A stretch of 64,000 nt of DNA from the sequence record MK250027.1, one strand, 5' to 3'. Below, piece after piece: positions 1-15,006 of this stretch. The translations under genes and the position numbers were made by a program. Positions within the stretch are counted from its first letter, which is position 1, and every line of letters begins with the position of its first letter. The notes beneath the pieces are model-generated. The model saw nothing but the letters and a program-made list of their open reading frames with translations, was not told the origin of the DNA and did no database searches.

Positions 1-3000
1 CTACTTTCTTTTCTGGTATCTCTGTACCATCAGCGGAAGGTGCTGGTAATTCAATCTCAGTATTACCTGATTTATATGTTGGAATAATTACATCTTCATC
101 GTCTGAATCTTCATCGTCTGAATCTTCATCGTCTGAATCAGCATCATCTACTTCCTTCATATTAAAACCAAAAGTATCATCGTCATCAGAATCATCTTCA
201 TTTGATTCTTCATCATCTTCCATTTTACTTAAAGGATAATCCCACTCCCAATCATCATCGTCATCATCAGAATCAAGTTTCTGTGAAAATACATCACGGT
301 CTTCATCATTACCGTCTCTTAAATATGCATCTTCCCAATCTTCATCATTGTCATCATCTGAACCACGTAAAGCGGCAATTGTTGGACCAACTTCCTCATT
401 TGCAGGTTCAGCAGTATCACAAATAGATGTATAATCAGGATGTCCCTTAATTGCGTCGATAACAGCGGCATAAAGTTCATTAGTCATAGGTTCGTTATCA
501 AGAATAGGATTATTGTTATCATCAAGATAGAATTCTATAGTCTTGTTCTCTACATACTTCTTACCTGTGCCATCAATCATAGGAACGATTACGATAACAG
601 AACCTGATTTTTCTTTCTTACCTTCCTTAACATTCTCATCAAACATTACATCTGCAATCTTATAAGAGAATTTAGGTTGGTATGCATCTTCTTTTTCTTC
701 TTCCTCTGTTTTAGGTGTATTCTCTGGATTTTCTTCAACATCCGTATTTGTTCCAAGAGGATCTTCTGTATCGCCACCAAATACATCTGTAGCTTCGTCA
801 CCTGGTTCAGCAACTTCATCATCAGACGTTTCATCATCTGTACCCATATCAACAGTTGTCATACCTGTATTTTCAGGTTCATCCTCATCAGAAGTGTCAC
901 CAATAGTATCATCTTCAGAATTCATTTCATCATTATCTTCATCAGAAATTGTATCATCTTCTGTTTCTTCTGGTTCGAAAATATCGTCATCGTCCTCTGA
1001 ATCAATTGAAGAATTATTATCGTCATCGAAACTTACTTCCTTAAATGCTTCTTCATCATCTTGATCATTATCATCATCAGAAGTAAACATATCTTCATCT
1101 GAATCTTCATCATCTGAATCCTCAAAATCTGGTTCATCTTCTGTTTCATCATTATCAGCATCTATTGCATCTGCGGCAGCATCATCAAAACCAGTACCAT
1201 CTTCCTCTGAATCTTCATCATCAGAATCACTACCTAAGAACTTAGCGAATTCATCATCAGATACTCTATCATCAGATTCATCAGACTCCTCATCACTAAA
1301 GTTATCAGTTGCTTCAGAATCTCCATTTTCTCCACTTAACGGTTGTGAAAGTTCATCTTTATTCGCGTCAACTTCATCATCAGACATTGGTTCATTTGGT
1401 TTTTCCTTAGTTACAGAACCATCATTTGTATCATCATCTGTATCTTCTGTATCCGCTTCTGAATCAGTATCTTCATCATCTGAATGATCTTCGCCTGTTG
1501 CATCATCTGCTTGTTTTTGCCATTCTTTATATTCAGCTTTAATATCATCAAGTTTCTCTTCTGCGTCAGAAATAGCTTTCTCAAGTTTCTCTTTATTTTC
1601 ATCAGAAGCAGACTCAAGAGCCTTATTAAGTTTATCAATCATATCTTCATATTTCTCGATAGAATCTTCATATTGATTCTTTGTCTCATTAAGTTTAAGA
1701 ATGATCTTATCTTGAGATGGAAGCAAATCACTAAACAATGAAGATACATTAATACCCATATGTTCATTCAACTTATTCTTGCAGAAAATAGGATTTACAT
1801 TTCTATAGAATGTATGTTGTCCAATAGCATCGTTATGAGTTGCAATGAAAATATTTTGGTCAAGTCTAAACAAATCCGCATTAATATTATTATTCTCATT
1901 AAGAGTTACATGCTTTGCCCAATCAATCTTTGCGATATTATTAAAGTTCTCCAAAAGGCATGAACACATAATATAGAAGTTTGTATCGTAATCATCATAC
2001 TTCATGCACATTTCTCTAAGATTACGAAGTGACTCTCTTGACTCCTTATGTCCATAAAGGTCTACATAGCCTTCATAAATCGTAGCATACTTATCATTAC
2101 CATGAAGAATAATATTATCCTCATTAATCTCTACATGTGGATCATTTACAAGTCTACAAAGTTCAACAAATCTCTCATCAAGTTCATCTACATACTTCTC
2201 ATCAAGAACTGTAATGTTATTTCCTTTCTTTACATAGAATTGACCATTAACATTGAAAATTGCTTCATTTTCCTTAACATATTGTACTGGTGTATAAATG
2301 TTAGAAACTGTAGCGTTCTCTCTAATAATATTAATTTGGTCCTTAATATTCAATGCTTTCTCTGTAAGTTCATTAGCTCTACGTGAGTTATCAGAATAAA
2401 TAACATTGAACATTTCGTTAATATATGGATCAGAAGCATATGGCATTAAAGCATTACGTAACTGAACTCTATTAATTGCATTTGGCTCCTTTACATAACG
2501 TGCAACATCTTCTTGAATAAGATCTACATAAATGAATGAAGAATGATCATCCTTCATTTCCTCCAAAATCTTAGTAAGTGTGATTTCCTCTCGTTTTGAA
2601 TCTACTTTCTCGACAATAGATTTCATTGCCTTACTAACAGGAAGAAGATAATTAAACTTAGATACATTCTGAAGGAAAGTCTCATAAAGTCTCTCTTCAT
2701 ATGCACCTTGATTAATTGCGTTTGAATAAAGATTAATAACCTCCATAAGACGTTGGTTGGAAGAAGCGTCTGAATGACGGATATTATTAATATGTTCGGA
2801 AAGATTAATACCTTGATTATTAGCAATAGCATTCAAACAGTAATTTTCTTTTTCTGTTAACTTTGCTTTTTCATCTTCATCAAGTTTTTCATCGATATAA
2901 CGTTGGACCTTTGAGAAAATTTGGTCCATTGTTTTCTTATCACGTTTTTCCTGAAGCTTCTTCTCAAAATCTCTTTGTTCTGATTCATTTACATAATCTG

Positions 3001-3541
3001 CATGAATAAAATTAGCGGACATTGAAGATTCTTCTGTAATAAGAATATTTAATTTTGTAGCAATAGGATTTCCTTCTTCTACAAGCGGTGACAATACATC
3101 TACCAATGTATCCTTTGTTTCCTGACATTTGTTTGCTACATATTGATTATAAGCATACTTAACCTCATCCTTTATATAAGGATCATTAAGTTGTTCAATA
3201 AGTTGATAACCTACAAGATTAGCACCATCTGTTGCTAAGGTATTGTTCATCTGCTCAATAACAGATTTAACAGACTTATTGCCTTTTGCATATTTAGTAA
3301 GTCCTTGTCCGAACTGTTCAAAAAGCATAAAGTCCTATGCACCATTAGAAAGTGCGTTATTATATTCAACCAAATAGTTCATCAAATCGGGGTTCTTATG
3401 ACCTTCTTCGATAAGACCATTCACATATCTATGAATATTGAACTTAGTAGTGCCATCAAAGTTTTCTGTATCTCTATTAAAACTTTCTTGAATAATATTA
3501 CGAACACCTGCTAAAAGCTCGTCTTTATTTAATTTTCCCAT
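1..3541 (-). CDS. Very large acidic protein (>1180 aa, runs off the left edge of the window); candidate prohead core/scaffold or internal head protein
   Basis: ATG at 3541 (MGKLNKDELL...). There is one TAG at 3335-3337, and the frame then stays open to position 1 (the ORF track shows no stop-terminated ORF in this frame). The C-terminal half is extremely D/E-rich. AATAAATA at 3569-3576 lies upstream. Function is inferred. Confidence 0.75.
93..137. repeat. 3 x 15-nt tandem repeat (tcttcatcgtctgaa) encoding DSDDE repeats within the acidic CDS
   Basis: Exact units at 93-107, 108-122 and 123-137, in frame with the minus-strand CDS. Confidence 0.9.
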
Positions 3542-3588
3542 TAAGTTTAAATATTATTTTATTTTTATTATTTATTTATGTAAAAAAT

Positions 3589-3612
3589 AAGCATATTTCA
3601 CAAAATATGCTT
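3589..3612 (-). terminator. Intrinsic terminator after the tail-completion-like gene
   Basis: 10-bp inverted repeat AAGCATATTT/AAATATGCTT followed by a T-run on the minus strand. Confidence 0.7.
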
Positions 3613-4981
3613 AAACTATTAATATAGAATCACTTATGCATTTATTCTCTGTATTATAATGATCTCTTAATATTAATTTAACTTGTTTTGTATTTACTTC
3701 TCTTGGATATACGAAACATTTGAATTCAATAGGATTTGTTTCATCTATCATGAAATTCTTAAGATTAAGTTTCGCTGGAATTTCTTTTACCTATCCTTTA
3801 TTATCTTCATATGATATTATACAATCAACTTGCGAATTTGCCGTAATAAAATATCCTTTATTTAATACATATACAGTCGATTCATCTACTATACGAGTTT
3901 CTGGATCCGGATACATATAGATTTCAGGATTTGTATATACTGTACATTCTTCTGTATTAGGTACGAGAATATCTATACGTGAAGGATTATCTATAAAATC
4001 TGTTGGTATTCTCCAATGATAGAAATTATGGTTATCTACTGAATCCAATACGAACTATTCGCCTTTTTCATCTTCATATAGAATATCAACTTGAAGAAGA
4101 TCTCTATCTTGATATGAATATTTCCATTCAACTAAAAGGTCCTAACCTGATACCAATATCATATCTTCAAAATCTGTTACCCAATGTAATGGCCCTGTTA
4201 CTTTTTCTGGATGATTTCTATTTACCCATATAGCATAACCATTATTCCTTATAACATTATCTGCTGGACGTTCATTATATCTATCAAATATAGGTTGATA
4301 TGTTTCGCACTATATAGTAAATGGAACTTTAATCATAGTCTCTGATGGAAGTTGTCCAAAAGTATAAGTTCCTCCTGCCGTTGGTTGATATGCGGATTCT
4401 GGAAACCCCACACGAACAGGAACAACAGTTCCTTTATAATTAATATGATATGTTAAATTCTTATAAAAGAATTCTCTATATGCTTGATTAATTTTCATTG
4501 CCTCTGCCATTGTTGAACATCTTATTTCAACATTGAAACTATATGTTAACGGCATAGAATAAAGATAAGATACATAAGATTTAAGTTTACCATTTTCTCT
4601 TTTTGTATACTTACCCATTACAAACCTGTTAGTGATATTTCCCGATTCTATTTGAACACTTGACATTGATAAACGTCCCTAAGGGTATCTATCAAAATTA
4701 CCGTCTATTTTTTGAAGTCCAATATCTGTACATTCATCACTTGTGAAATTTGTATAATTATCTTGGATAAACTTTTCTGAATTTTGATTTGAACCACCAA
4801 AATCATAAAAGAATGGAACACATACATTTTCTATTCCATCTTCTGTATCATCCCATCTTTGCTCGTAATATAATCTTCTGTTAAATACCTTAAGTAATCC
4901 TACCAAAACTGCTCTGTCAAAAATATCTGTTGTATTTCTATTTTCAAAAAGCTATTTAGGAGTTAATTGTGTTTTTGACAT
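3611..4981 (-). CDS. T4 gp15-like tail completion/sheath stabiliser (456 aa, 6 TAG read as Gln)
   Basis: Track ORFs 4679-4906, 4310-4666 and 3791-4048 are in one frame and joined by TAG (4952, 4679, 4310, 4142, 4055, 3791). ATG at 4981, TAA at 3611. Motifs VPFFY, PQGRLSMSS and QCETYQPIFD resemble gp15-like proteins (recognised from memory, no search). Confidence 0.6.
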
Positions 4982-5073
4982 AATTATAAACTAAAAATTA
5001 GTTTCAATATTTATTAAATAAAAAATGAGATCTATAAATTAATATAGATCTCATTTAATTATATTATATAATA

Positions 5074-6312
5074 TTACTTATCCATTTTTGACCAATATAA
5101 ATCTTCATCAACTAAATCAATAAGTCCCGACTAATATACTTTCCAATCGGTTTTTGAATATACATGGTCTTTTACTTTATCATCGTCGTAATCTAATTTA
5201 TATTGTATTATAATAAAATTACCTTTTTCATCTTTTCCTTTCTCTATAACTTTATTACTTGTCATATAATTTGATGAATAGTCAGATAAAGACTTTGCAT
5301 TTAATTTATTATTTTCTTGTAAATGTGAAATTACTTTATTTCCAATAATATTTATAATTTCATGCATATCTTTTTTATTACTAAACTTATAATTAGGTAT
5401 ATTATAGTCTATTAAGAATTGTTTAAATAAATCCTCACCATATTTAAAACCATTATACTCCGATGGATTCATAATAAGTGGTTGCTGTTCCATTTTGAAT
5501 AATTTAAATCCTAATTTTTTAAGATATAACAAAAATAGTTCAAATGTTTTTAAATTTTCACAAATTAAAGAATATCCAAGTATTACATTTTTACATAATT
5601 TTGTCAACTTAATAGGGTTTTCATTATTATTTGTAACAAATATATTAATTTTACTATATAAATTTATATATTCTTCTTTAATAGGAATAACTTTATTTGG
5701 ATCAATAACTTCTTTCCTAGCATCTCCAATAATTATATTTTTTGTTTTATGATATATATCATCTTCTGCGTTCAATATAATATTTTTTATTTTATACCCA
5801 TTTTCTATATATGTGTTTATAAGATAAAACATTTGTAAAAATAATTCATTACCTATATAATCATATGGTATAAACTCCATATTATAATGTGGTTGTCCCA
5901 TATTAAATATAATATCTGTTATCACTTTATCATTAACATGTAATATACAATTTAAATCATATTTGTTTGTTCTACCAAATCCATAAATTTCAATTGTATC
6001 AATATCAATTGAATTATCATAGTCTTTAAATTTACAATTAATCTGAAATTTTTTTACATTATTAAAATATCTTATATAATACTTATTTTTACATGCTTCA
6101 TTAATATATATTAATCCTATATTGTAAAGATTTTCAGCCCTATCAAAATTCACAAAACTATCAGGATATTCAGTGATATTATATGGTAGTTTTTTAAGCT
6201 ATCTTATTTCATTATTATATAATTCCTATGATACTGTACGTTCTGGTGTATCTACAATATCGTCTATATCATCAAAAAGGGACTCAACTAATTTCTTTAT
6301 TAATTTATTCAT
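5074..6312 (-). CDS. Hypothetical protein (412 aa, 3 TAG) with N-terminal LVESLFDD motif
   Basis: Extends track ORF 5131-6153 through TAG at both ends. ATG at 6312 overlaps the upstream TGA (ATGA). TAA at 5074. Confidence 0.8.
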
Positions 6313-9300
6313 TTTGTATATTTTTGTTCTATTATTTTTATAATAAATTTAATATTATCATAAGCAGGATCCGTATTTACAATAACTTCTCGTGTTCTAT
6401 TTTCTTGAGTAGGCCAACTATAAGATGAATTATATGTTTGCTTTATATTAAATTTAAAAGTTAATCTGTCAAAACTACAATTTATACCATTCTTATTGCT
6501 TTCTGTAACACTAAAACTATTAAAATACTACCAATATACACCTACTGAATTATTTCCATTAAATGAAGAACACAAATAACTACTAAAATCATATGTACTT
6601 GTATCATTACTTCTTTCACTATATGATATATTAATTGTTTTTAATGTAATCGTATCATCATACTATTTATAACCTTCTATATAAAAACATGCACTATTTT
6701 TATCTGCATATGTTCTATTAAATACTGTTAACCCATTATCAGTACTTTTTTTATAACCATATAAATTTCTAGAATCTAATTGTCCACTTCCTGTTTTTAC
6801 ATTATATGTAAGTCTTGCTAACCATGTATATGAACTTTTTATATTTGCTTCCTATACAGTTAAATTATATGTTTTTGTCTATTCTTTATTTACTTCTGTA
6901 TCAGTTGTATTAAAAATATATTTTTCTGTGCTTCTATCTAATGTTATTGATGGGTTACTCCCTTTATTCTTAAATGTACGATATGTTACTTTTACACGTC
7001 CATTACATAACTGACTCCACATATGACCATATAAATCTATGTAAATATATTTACATTTGTTTTCTAATAATGTATTACTAATCTATGCTAAAATTTCTTT
7101 CATATTAATAAATATAGATTCCTATGAACCTGATCTATTATCTCCAGAAAAACCTAGTATATCTTCATATTCTGTATAATTGTTCGTTTGATGCCAATAT
7201 TCAGTTGTACTTGGATATAAAGTCTCAGAAAATCCCATTGTTGTATTATTTAATATATATGTTTTATTATGAGATGTTATATTCATTTTAATATTTTTAT
7301 TATTTGTAATATGTGTTATTGTATCCAAATCAGAACCAGTCAATTTATTTTTTTCTGATGGAATATGTGAACTACCAGCATTATTTAAAAATATATATTC
7401 AAATAATAAAAAATCAAATGAAGCTAATCCAATAGCAAACGCACTTGCTTGATTAATTAACATTATTTTATTGTCAACTGAACCTATATTATATTTTACC
7501 GTAAAATTAACACACCTCTCATAATCATAATCTGAGTCTTTTGGATTCTAACTAAATTTACATTTTAATTCTAATTTATCATCTTTTAATGATGTTTCTT
7601 CTGTTTTAAAATCAGCAAGATACTCATATGTCATATCACCATCATTATATTTTTCATATGTAACTTCATAATGTGACTAATTAGTATCAATATATGTACC
7701 ATTTTTTACTTTTGCATAATACTATAAATAAAAATAGCCTGAATCAGTAGCTTGCAATGCTAATTCTTCCATATCATCTTCAACTTTTGTTGAACCTCTC
7801 ATATAATATGCATGAACAAATAATTCAAACTCTCCTGCACCTTGTGATAATGTTTTATCTGCTTTTGCTTGACTATCATGAAATGTATATGTAAATGTAA
7901 ACGTTAATGTTCTATCTGTTGATGATATACCAATTTCAATATTATATATACATCTTGTTCCTGATATTATAGGTTCAGGTATATTTATACTTGAATCTGA
8001 GCATGTAAGTTCACCGTCTGATTTTTCATCACCATTAAGTTCACCATAACACTCAAGAGTTATAGTTTCCCCTGCATTGTTTATTTTTCCATCTACTGTA
8101 CCACTCGTTAAATTTATAACAGCATTAATATTTGATTTACCCTGATATATTATAAAAGTAGACAAATATTCTTTTGTAATATCACTATACTAATATTTTA
8201 CTGTTATTTTATATATTTTATCAGAAGTTGTACTATCATTTTCAGGAATAGTAACAGTTATTTTATAACACGGTTTATCTTCATCTTCATATTTTTCTTT
8301 ATCACTTCGTATTACACTTATATCATCACATGTTATATTATAATGTGTTAAATTGTCATCAAATGATTTATCTGGTCCACCTTTAAAATATAGTGTCTAT
8401 ATAATCTTCTTACCATTTTTTCTATAATCGACATAATCAGAACCGTTAAAATCGGGATTGTCTCTTATAATTACACTATACGTTGTGCCTGACTATTTAA
8501 GTGTGTCTGATGCATTTAACGACTCATTAATTGAAACTGTAGCAACTAAATTACGTTCATTCTCTGTGATATTATCTGTTACTGCATATGGATATGAATA
8601 TACATTATCATCACTTTTTGTTATTTTTGAAAAATCAATTGATATATTTTCATCGCCTAATGTTAATTTAAAATCATATTTTATTTTTGATAAATCTAAT
8701 TTATTCTTTTGTTCTTTATCATCAGCTTTTGTTAAATAATAATGTATATATATTATATCATTATTCTCATTCTTATTATTAGATATAGATGTTATTATTT
8801 TATTTCCATCCTTATTATAAAATCCAATATATAATGTATAATTAGTAGTATTATATGCAAATCTTTTAATATATAAATAGTTTGATTTTCCAGTAGTATT
8901 TACCGACTTACCATTATTATAATTGTAATATGTATAATTTCGTTTATACTATAAACTATAAGTAGTATTTTCTGTTTTTGACGTTATATCACTTAACTAA
9001 ACAGTAAATTCATAATAATTATCAGTATCATTAAATTCTGGGTTTTTTACAATAGTAATTTCATCATTTGATGATAAATAAATATCATCTTTTTTAATTG
9101 TTATATGATTTCCTTTAAGTTCACCGGTTTTTTTATCAAATGGCTATTTATAATCTAAATCTATATGATCATTACAATATAATCCTAAATATAATGTTAA
9201 TGTTTGTTCTGTAGGATCACAATATATATAATAATCATTTATCTTTTTATAGATATTACCATCTTTATGTCTAATTCCATATATTTTATTGTTATTCGGC

Positions 9301-12300
9301 GTCTCATTATCTTCAATACTATCCTTAGGATCATCTACTAAATACGATAAATTATATGCTCTTGTTGCTTCCTTTTGACATATCTATATAATCCTAGTAG
9401 TAGAAGATTCTTTATAATTGTTCTAATAATGAATGCAAAAATAAAAATACTACTAAACATCATTAATATTTTCATTCATTGTTATTTCTTGACCTATATA
9501 ATTAATATTTCCGACTTTTTCACTTGATTGTTCTGATATTGTATAATATGGTACATTAGATATTAGTGTATAAATTCCTAATTTATTTTTATAATAAAAA
9601 TTCTTAAATGTTGTATCTATAAGTCTTTTACTAATATCCCTGTATTGATAAATAACATTATAATATATAATAAAATTTTTAACTTTTGTTGTATCAATAT
9701 TATATATTACCACATTTGATGTATTAGGACTAGTTGACATTATTCCTGCTTCTTTATCATTAATTCTATAATGTGATATATACGCATATTTATTTTTTGA
9801 TGCAGTATATATCTATGAAGCATCATCATATAATGTATATACTTTATCTTTGTATAAAACAAACTATGTATATGCATAATCAATATCTTTATACTTTTGT
9901 ATATATTTTAATATAATTTTATTATCAAATGCTAATAAATTCTACGGTATATTTAAACAACCATAATAATAATCTTCATCTTCATTATATATTATATTAG
10001 AAGTATATGGCATTAAATTATTTTGTGACCATAAAGTTAAATTATTTGTGTTATTAAGATTAATAGTTAAGTCACTATTATAGTTTCTTAAATCAATATT
10101 TACTAATTTAATATTTCCATTTTCAATAATTGACTCCTACATATAATATTTAAAATATAATACAGTATCATGTAAAATATTTTCAATAATATAACTATCT
10201 TTTGTTGAGTTATTATATGTTAACTTATCATCTAAACTACTATTACTATATAATTCTAAATTTAATTTTATATATGTTTGCTATAATGTTAATGTATCTT
10301 CTTCAATATTAGAATTAGTATTATACCTATATTTTCCTATAATTATTAATTTTCTTATCCTTTGATTATTATTTACATTTGTGTTATCTATATTTTTTAT
10401 ATCTAATTTTATATTTGTATAATCTGAAGTATTAACTAATTTTATTTGTGAATTCAAAATATTATCTGAAGTATTGTCTATCACAGCAGAAGTTAAATAT
10501 GTTGTATAGTATGCGTTTGAACTTGTTCCTTTATTTTTTTCTTCCTAATTATTATATAATATACCATAGCCTTTAACTATAAAATTACTATTACCTTCAA
10601 ATGATATAATATTCGTATCAGATACAAGCTTACATTCATACTATAGTGATTCCTATGTGATTTTAATATAATCGGTTCTATTAATTTCAGTATTTCCTAA
10701 TATATATGATATTTGATAATAAAATTCTCTATTACCATTTACATTATAATATTCATTTTTTAATCGAATATTTTGTGCACTAAGGAAATCATCGGTATCT
10801 TTAGTAGTTTCATATTCTATATTTTCTAAATCAAATAATGAATTAGCAGATATAAATTTATCCTAATTTTTCTAATAGAAATTTATGTCGAATAAATTGC
10901 TATCAATCACTATAGATTTTTCATTATCATAAACATTAACTGCATTAAAAACCAATTTAATTTCACTAAATTGAGGAATACCACCTATTGTGTCAGTTGA
11001 TAATTTTTCATTTATATTAACTTTAGTTTGCGTAGTATCAAAATGTTGTTGTATAAAAGTTATATTATTTAACTTTAATGTCGATAAACTTATATTTATA
11101 TATATTTCTGGATTTATAAATTTAGTTAATAATGGGAACTACAAATATAAATTTTTTTTATCAGTTGAATTTTCATTAATATCTTTAATATTATTATAAT
11201 CAAAATCAGTTAAATTTTTATTTGTTCTCGTATAATTAATCTCATAATATTCTGTTATTTCTGTATTATCAATATATTTAATATTACTCATAGATGTAAT
11301 TATATGTTGTCCGTCACTCGTTCTTGCATAATAATATAATGATATATCTTTACCAAATGGTGTTACTTTAAAAACAGATGGTGAATCATAAAATTCATCA
11401 TCAATTTCATAACATAGCTTCATATCCGTATCATATTTCTATATTATAACAATTTCATTACTTTTAATTTTATTCTTATATATAACATATACTTTTACCT
11501 TCCTTTCATATAATGTATAATTAGGATTTATGATTAAATTTAAATTATACTGTTTGTCTATATATGATGTTATACCTGTTTGATAATTTAATTCATATGT
11601 ATTATTAATAAACTCAAAATGAACATCCAAATCATCGCTTTGTGTATATTCATTATTTAAACTAAAAGTATATATTAATTTCTTTATTTCACCTTGATAT
11701 AATATATCATCCGCATTTGTGTTATTGATTGAGTCAATACCTAATTTTATAACATAATTATTAAATCTTTGTGTAATATAATAATCTCTCTACTTAGAAT
11801 TATATGTTGTTTTAAATATTACAGAAAATTTTAAATTTTTGGTAACTGTATTTATATTTTCATCGATTAAATAAATTAAATCTATTTCATTCTATACTGT
11901 TGTTCTTAATGATTTAATATTACTTGTATCTAATTGTTTGTCATTAATTAATAATGTAACATTAGACTAATTTATATCATTAAGAATTCCATAATATTTA
12001 ATATGAAGTTCTTGTTCATTACCAGATATTTTACCTCCAATTATATGTTCTGTTACTTTACCATTTTTATCAATCCAATTTTCTTTATTATTTAATTCAT
12101 CAGTTTTTTGCTATTCAGTAGGAATAAATTCTAAACGTACATCAACATCTTCATAAGGAGCTTGTGAAACTTTTGCATATATATGATTAATACCAGAAAT
12201 AAAAGATGAATCTGCTGGTATATTATTACTAACAGCAAATTCCATTATACCTTTACGTAATTTCTTTTCTGTATTATCATTAATAGATGTAATAGTTAAT

Positions 12301-12509
12301 TTATTATAATACTTATTTTCTGTTGTAAATTTATATCCAGTAATCCAATCAGGTTTATATATACATTCAATAGTAGATGTAATAGGTATATAGTTTTTTT
12401 CCAATACTGCATAATATTCCGTATCAGTACTGGTAAACTTATTTGCTGGTAATATAGGTAATGTAATTGTGTCTGATAATAATTTATTAAATTTATAATC
12501 GTTCATCAT
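6309..12509 (-). CDS. 2066-aa protein with tandem Ig-like/BACON-like beta repeats; probable virion surface or tail protein (about 35 TAG)
   Basis: Seven track fragments (12111, 11439, 11139, 10281, 9453, 7722, 7122) share one frame. Hand translation finds only TAG stops until TGA at 6309. The first repeat KPDW...NDN...R...VSQ has the W/N/R/Q pattern of BACON domains. Confidence 0.8.
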
Positions 12510-12531
12510 TTATATGCAATTAGTTTTTTAA

Positions 12532-14250
12532 TTAAAGAAATCCATGGAATATAAAATCTCCAAAGATTGATCTTGTAGTTGGTGCCCATGTAGTTAAAAT
12601 GGCGGCAATAAACCATATATTTGTTAATTTAAGTCTTTCATATGTCGGTAAGAAATCACCACCTATAACTATTGTTCCTTCTAGTAATCTTACAAGTTTC
12701 TCAATAGCTGGAGCATTCTGATCACTTAATGCTAATCTGACATCAAACAATTCAGGATCCATTAAATATTCTGGTGCAGTAATAGGCGGAAATGCTTTAC
12801 GAACAATAGTGTTTATTTTCTAAAAATCTACATTCTATAATGCTGACTTCATGCCAATATCCAATTTAAATTGGCACTTACTCATATCAAATGCTATATT
12901 CATAACTCCCATTCCCCAAAATGGTTTTCCTAACTATCCTGCTTTATATACAGTTGGATCAGTTTTATAAAATGGGCATACAGCCATATTAGATTTTAAT
13001 GTAAAGAAAAAACCATATTCCTATGGACCAATATAGAATAATCCACTTACTTTATTAATAGTGTTATAAGCTGCTGCCAATGCATTTTCCAATGCTTCTT
13101 TAGCTAATTGTACAGCTTTAATAACCTAATTGATAACGGCGAATAAGGGTGATAATTTCGCGTCTATCGTGCCGAATTTAATACGCCTTAGTAATTTTAT
13201 TATTAACTCATCTTTTTTGATTAGAAGCAAATTTATAATCTTTTTTAACTCAAGAAATACTATGTTAACTTTCGCAGTTACATAATTTCTGTACTCTTCT
13301 GGCATAGATGCTGTTCCTGCTAAAATATCAGGAACTTTAGAAACAACATTCAATACAAGATTAAAGTAATCAAGAATATTTTTTATTCTTTCTATAATCT
13401 CTGGAGTTTCAACAGTATATTCACCTTTTAATGTTTCCGATATTTTCCTAAGTAAATCTTTCGCGGCACATGTAAGCGAACAATATCCATTACTAGGCAT
13501 AAAATCTATATGCTTTCCACATACCGGGCATGTACCACCTTTCATTAAATAATGTCCGAACTAATCTATTCCAGAAGCTAATCCAATTGCTGCTTCCAAT
13601 GTACTCTTTTTCTTTTTATTTCCATCGTCATCTATGGAAATTTCATCATTAACAGCCTTAATTGTATCATCATCCTCAGCGTTCTATACAGAAGAACTCG
13701 CTAATGTGGTAGTATCTTCTAATGCAACTGTATCTTTTATTTTACCATTTAAATCTGTATCATCTCCCTAATGATACTCATCATTAGAAATTTTTACGCC
13801 AAATGTATCTTCTTCTATAATATTAGATTCATCAAATATAGAAGCACCTGTATATTCTTCAAGGTCTTCATCTGTTTGCTCTGTATGCCCTGTTGTATTT
13901 ACAAATTCTTCCGATGAATTATCATTTTGATCTTCTAACTGTTTCTATGTAAAAGAATTTACATATTTTTCCAATTCATCAAATGATAAATTTCTCTTAA
14001 CTTCATCCGTTGTTTTATTTGTAACATTATATGATAAATCAACCTATATTTTTGTATTTGTTAAATTTCCGTTCTAATCAACTTCATAATAATCATGCCA
14101 AGAAACAAATATTTCATTTCTAGGTTCACCGACATAATATGTTTTATATCTTAAATTCTATCTATAATATTTTTTGTTTGACTCAATCTAAACATCATCG
14201 TCATCATACTCATAATATATAGTTCCTGATTTTGATGTAATCGTATTCAT
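12532..14250 (-). CDS. Hypothetical protein (572 aa, about 13 TAG): acidic N-terminal region, CPVCG...YCSLTC zinc-binding motif, helical C-terminal region
   Basis: Track ORFs 13126-13545 and 12532-12762 are joined and extended upstream to ATG 14250 through TAG codons. TAA at 12532. Confidence 0.8.
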
Positions 14251-14252
14251 TT

Positions 14253-14966
14253 TCAAATAATTAAGTTTTCAATATTTCCTAAATATTCAACATCATTTAA
14301 GTTAAATCTCTACTTTATGTTGTTATCAAACTTAACAATACATGTATTCATTTTTTCTTGTATAGAATGTAATGTACCAAATTTATCTTTAGATATAATA
14401 TAAACTTTATTTTCCTATAATTTATTTTGTTTAAATTTATTATAGTTTTCCTATGTTAATGGATATTTGGTTTTCTTATTCTACTTATTAGCGATAATTT
14501 TACCAAATACTCTTGGTACACCATCGAATGTTTTAATATTGTTAAAGTTAGCATAGAGATTTCCATGTATAATATATGGGAATGCAGTCCAATCAGGTAA
14601 GTTATTTCCTGTATAGTTACAAGAGCCATCTACCTCATCGAATTTAAATAACTGCATTCCCATTCTATTTAATCCTTTATTAGAAAGGTATAAATTATCA
14701 TGGACATCCACCAAAATACCATGACCTGTACATTTAATCTCATAGTTCTCTACATCAAGTTCATCTAAAATTCGTTCGACTCTTGGTTTTATTTCTGTTT
14801 CTTCATATTCTGATGATATGTTGTCTGACAGTGTTGTATCACTATCAAGCCCTAAAAAATCATCATCTTCATCATCAAAATCATCAAACAGAGATTCATT
14901 CAACTTTGAGATTTTTGTGTTGTTATATTTTCTTATTTTCTTATATTCTGGAACTGAAATAATCAT
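14253..14966 (-). CDS. Hypothetical protein (237 aa, 4 TAG) with LNESLFDD motif and short LRR-like repeats
   Basis: Track ORF 14481-14966 reads through TAG to TGA at 14253. Repeats VDGSCNYTGNNL..FP and IHGNLYANFNNI..P. Confidence 0.75.
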
Positions 14967-15006
14967 AATTAAAAAATAAATAATATTTTATATTATTTAT
15001 TTTTGT

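Noticed and set aside
93-137. Tandem 15-nt repeats as a possible CRISPR array or regulatory repeat
   Set aside because: There are no spacers, and they are in-frame DSDDE coding repeats. No CRISPR array was seen anywhere in the window.
202-2386. Plus-strand and alternative-frame ORFs (His-rich MILHHL..., and others) over the acidic genes, also at 19314-21111 and 22117-24205
   Set aside because: They are shadow frames of GAT/GAA/TCA-rich low-complexity coding sequence on the minus strand.
6309-14250. Region as a pseudogene graveyard or non-coding DNA
   Set aside because: All interruptions are TAG in a single frame, which code 15 explains.
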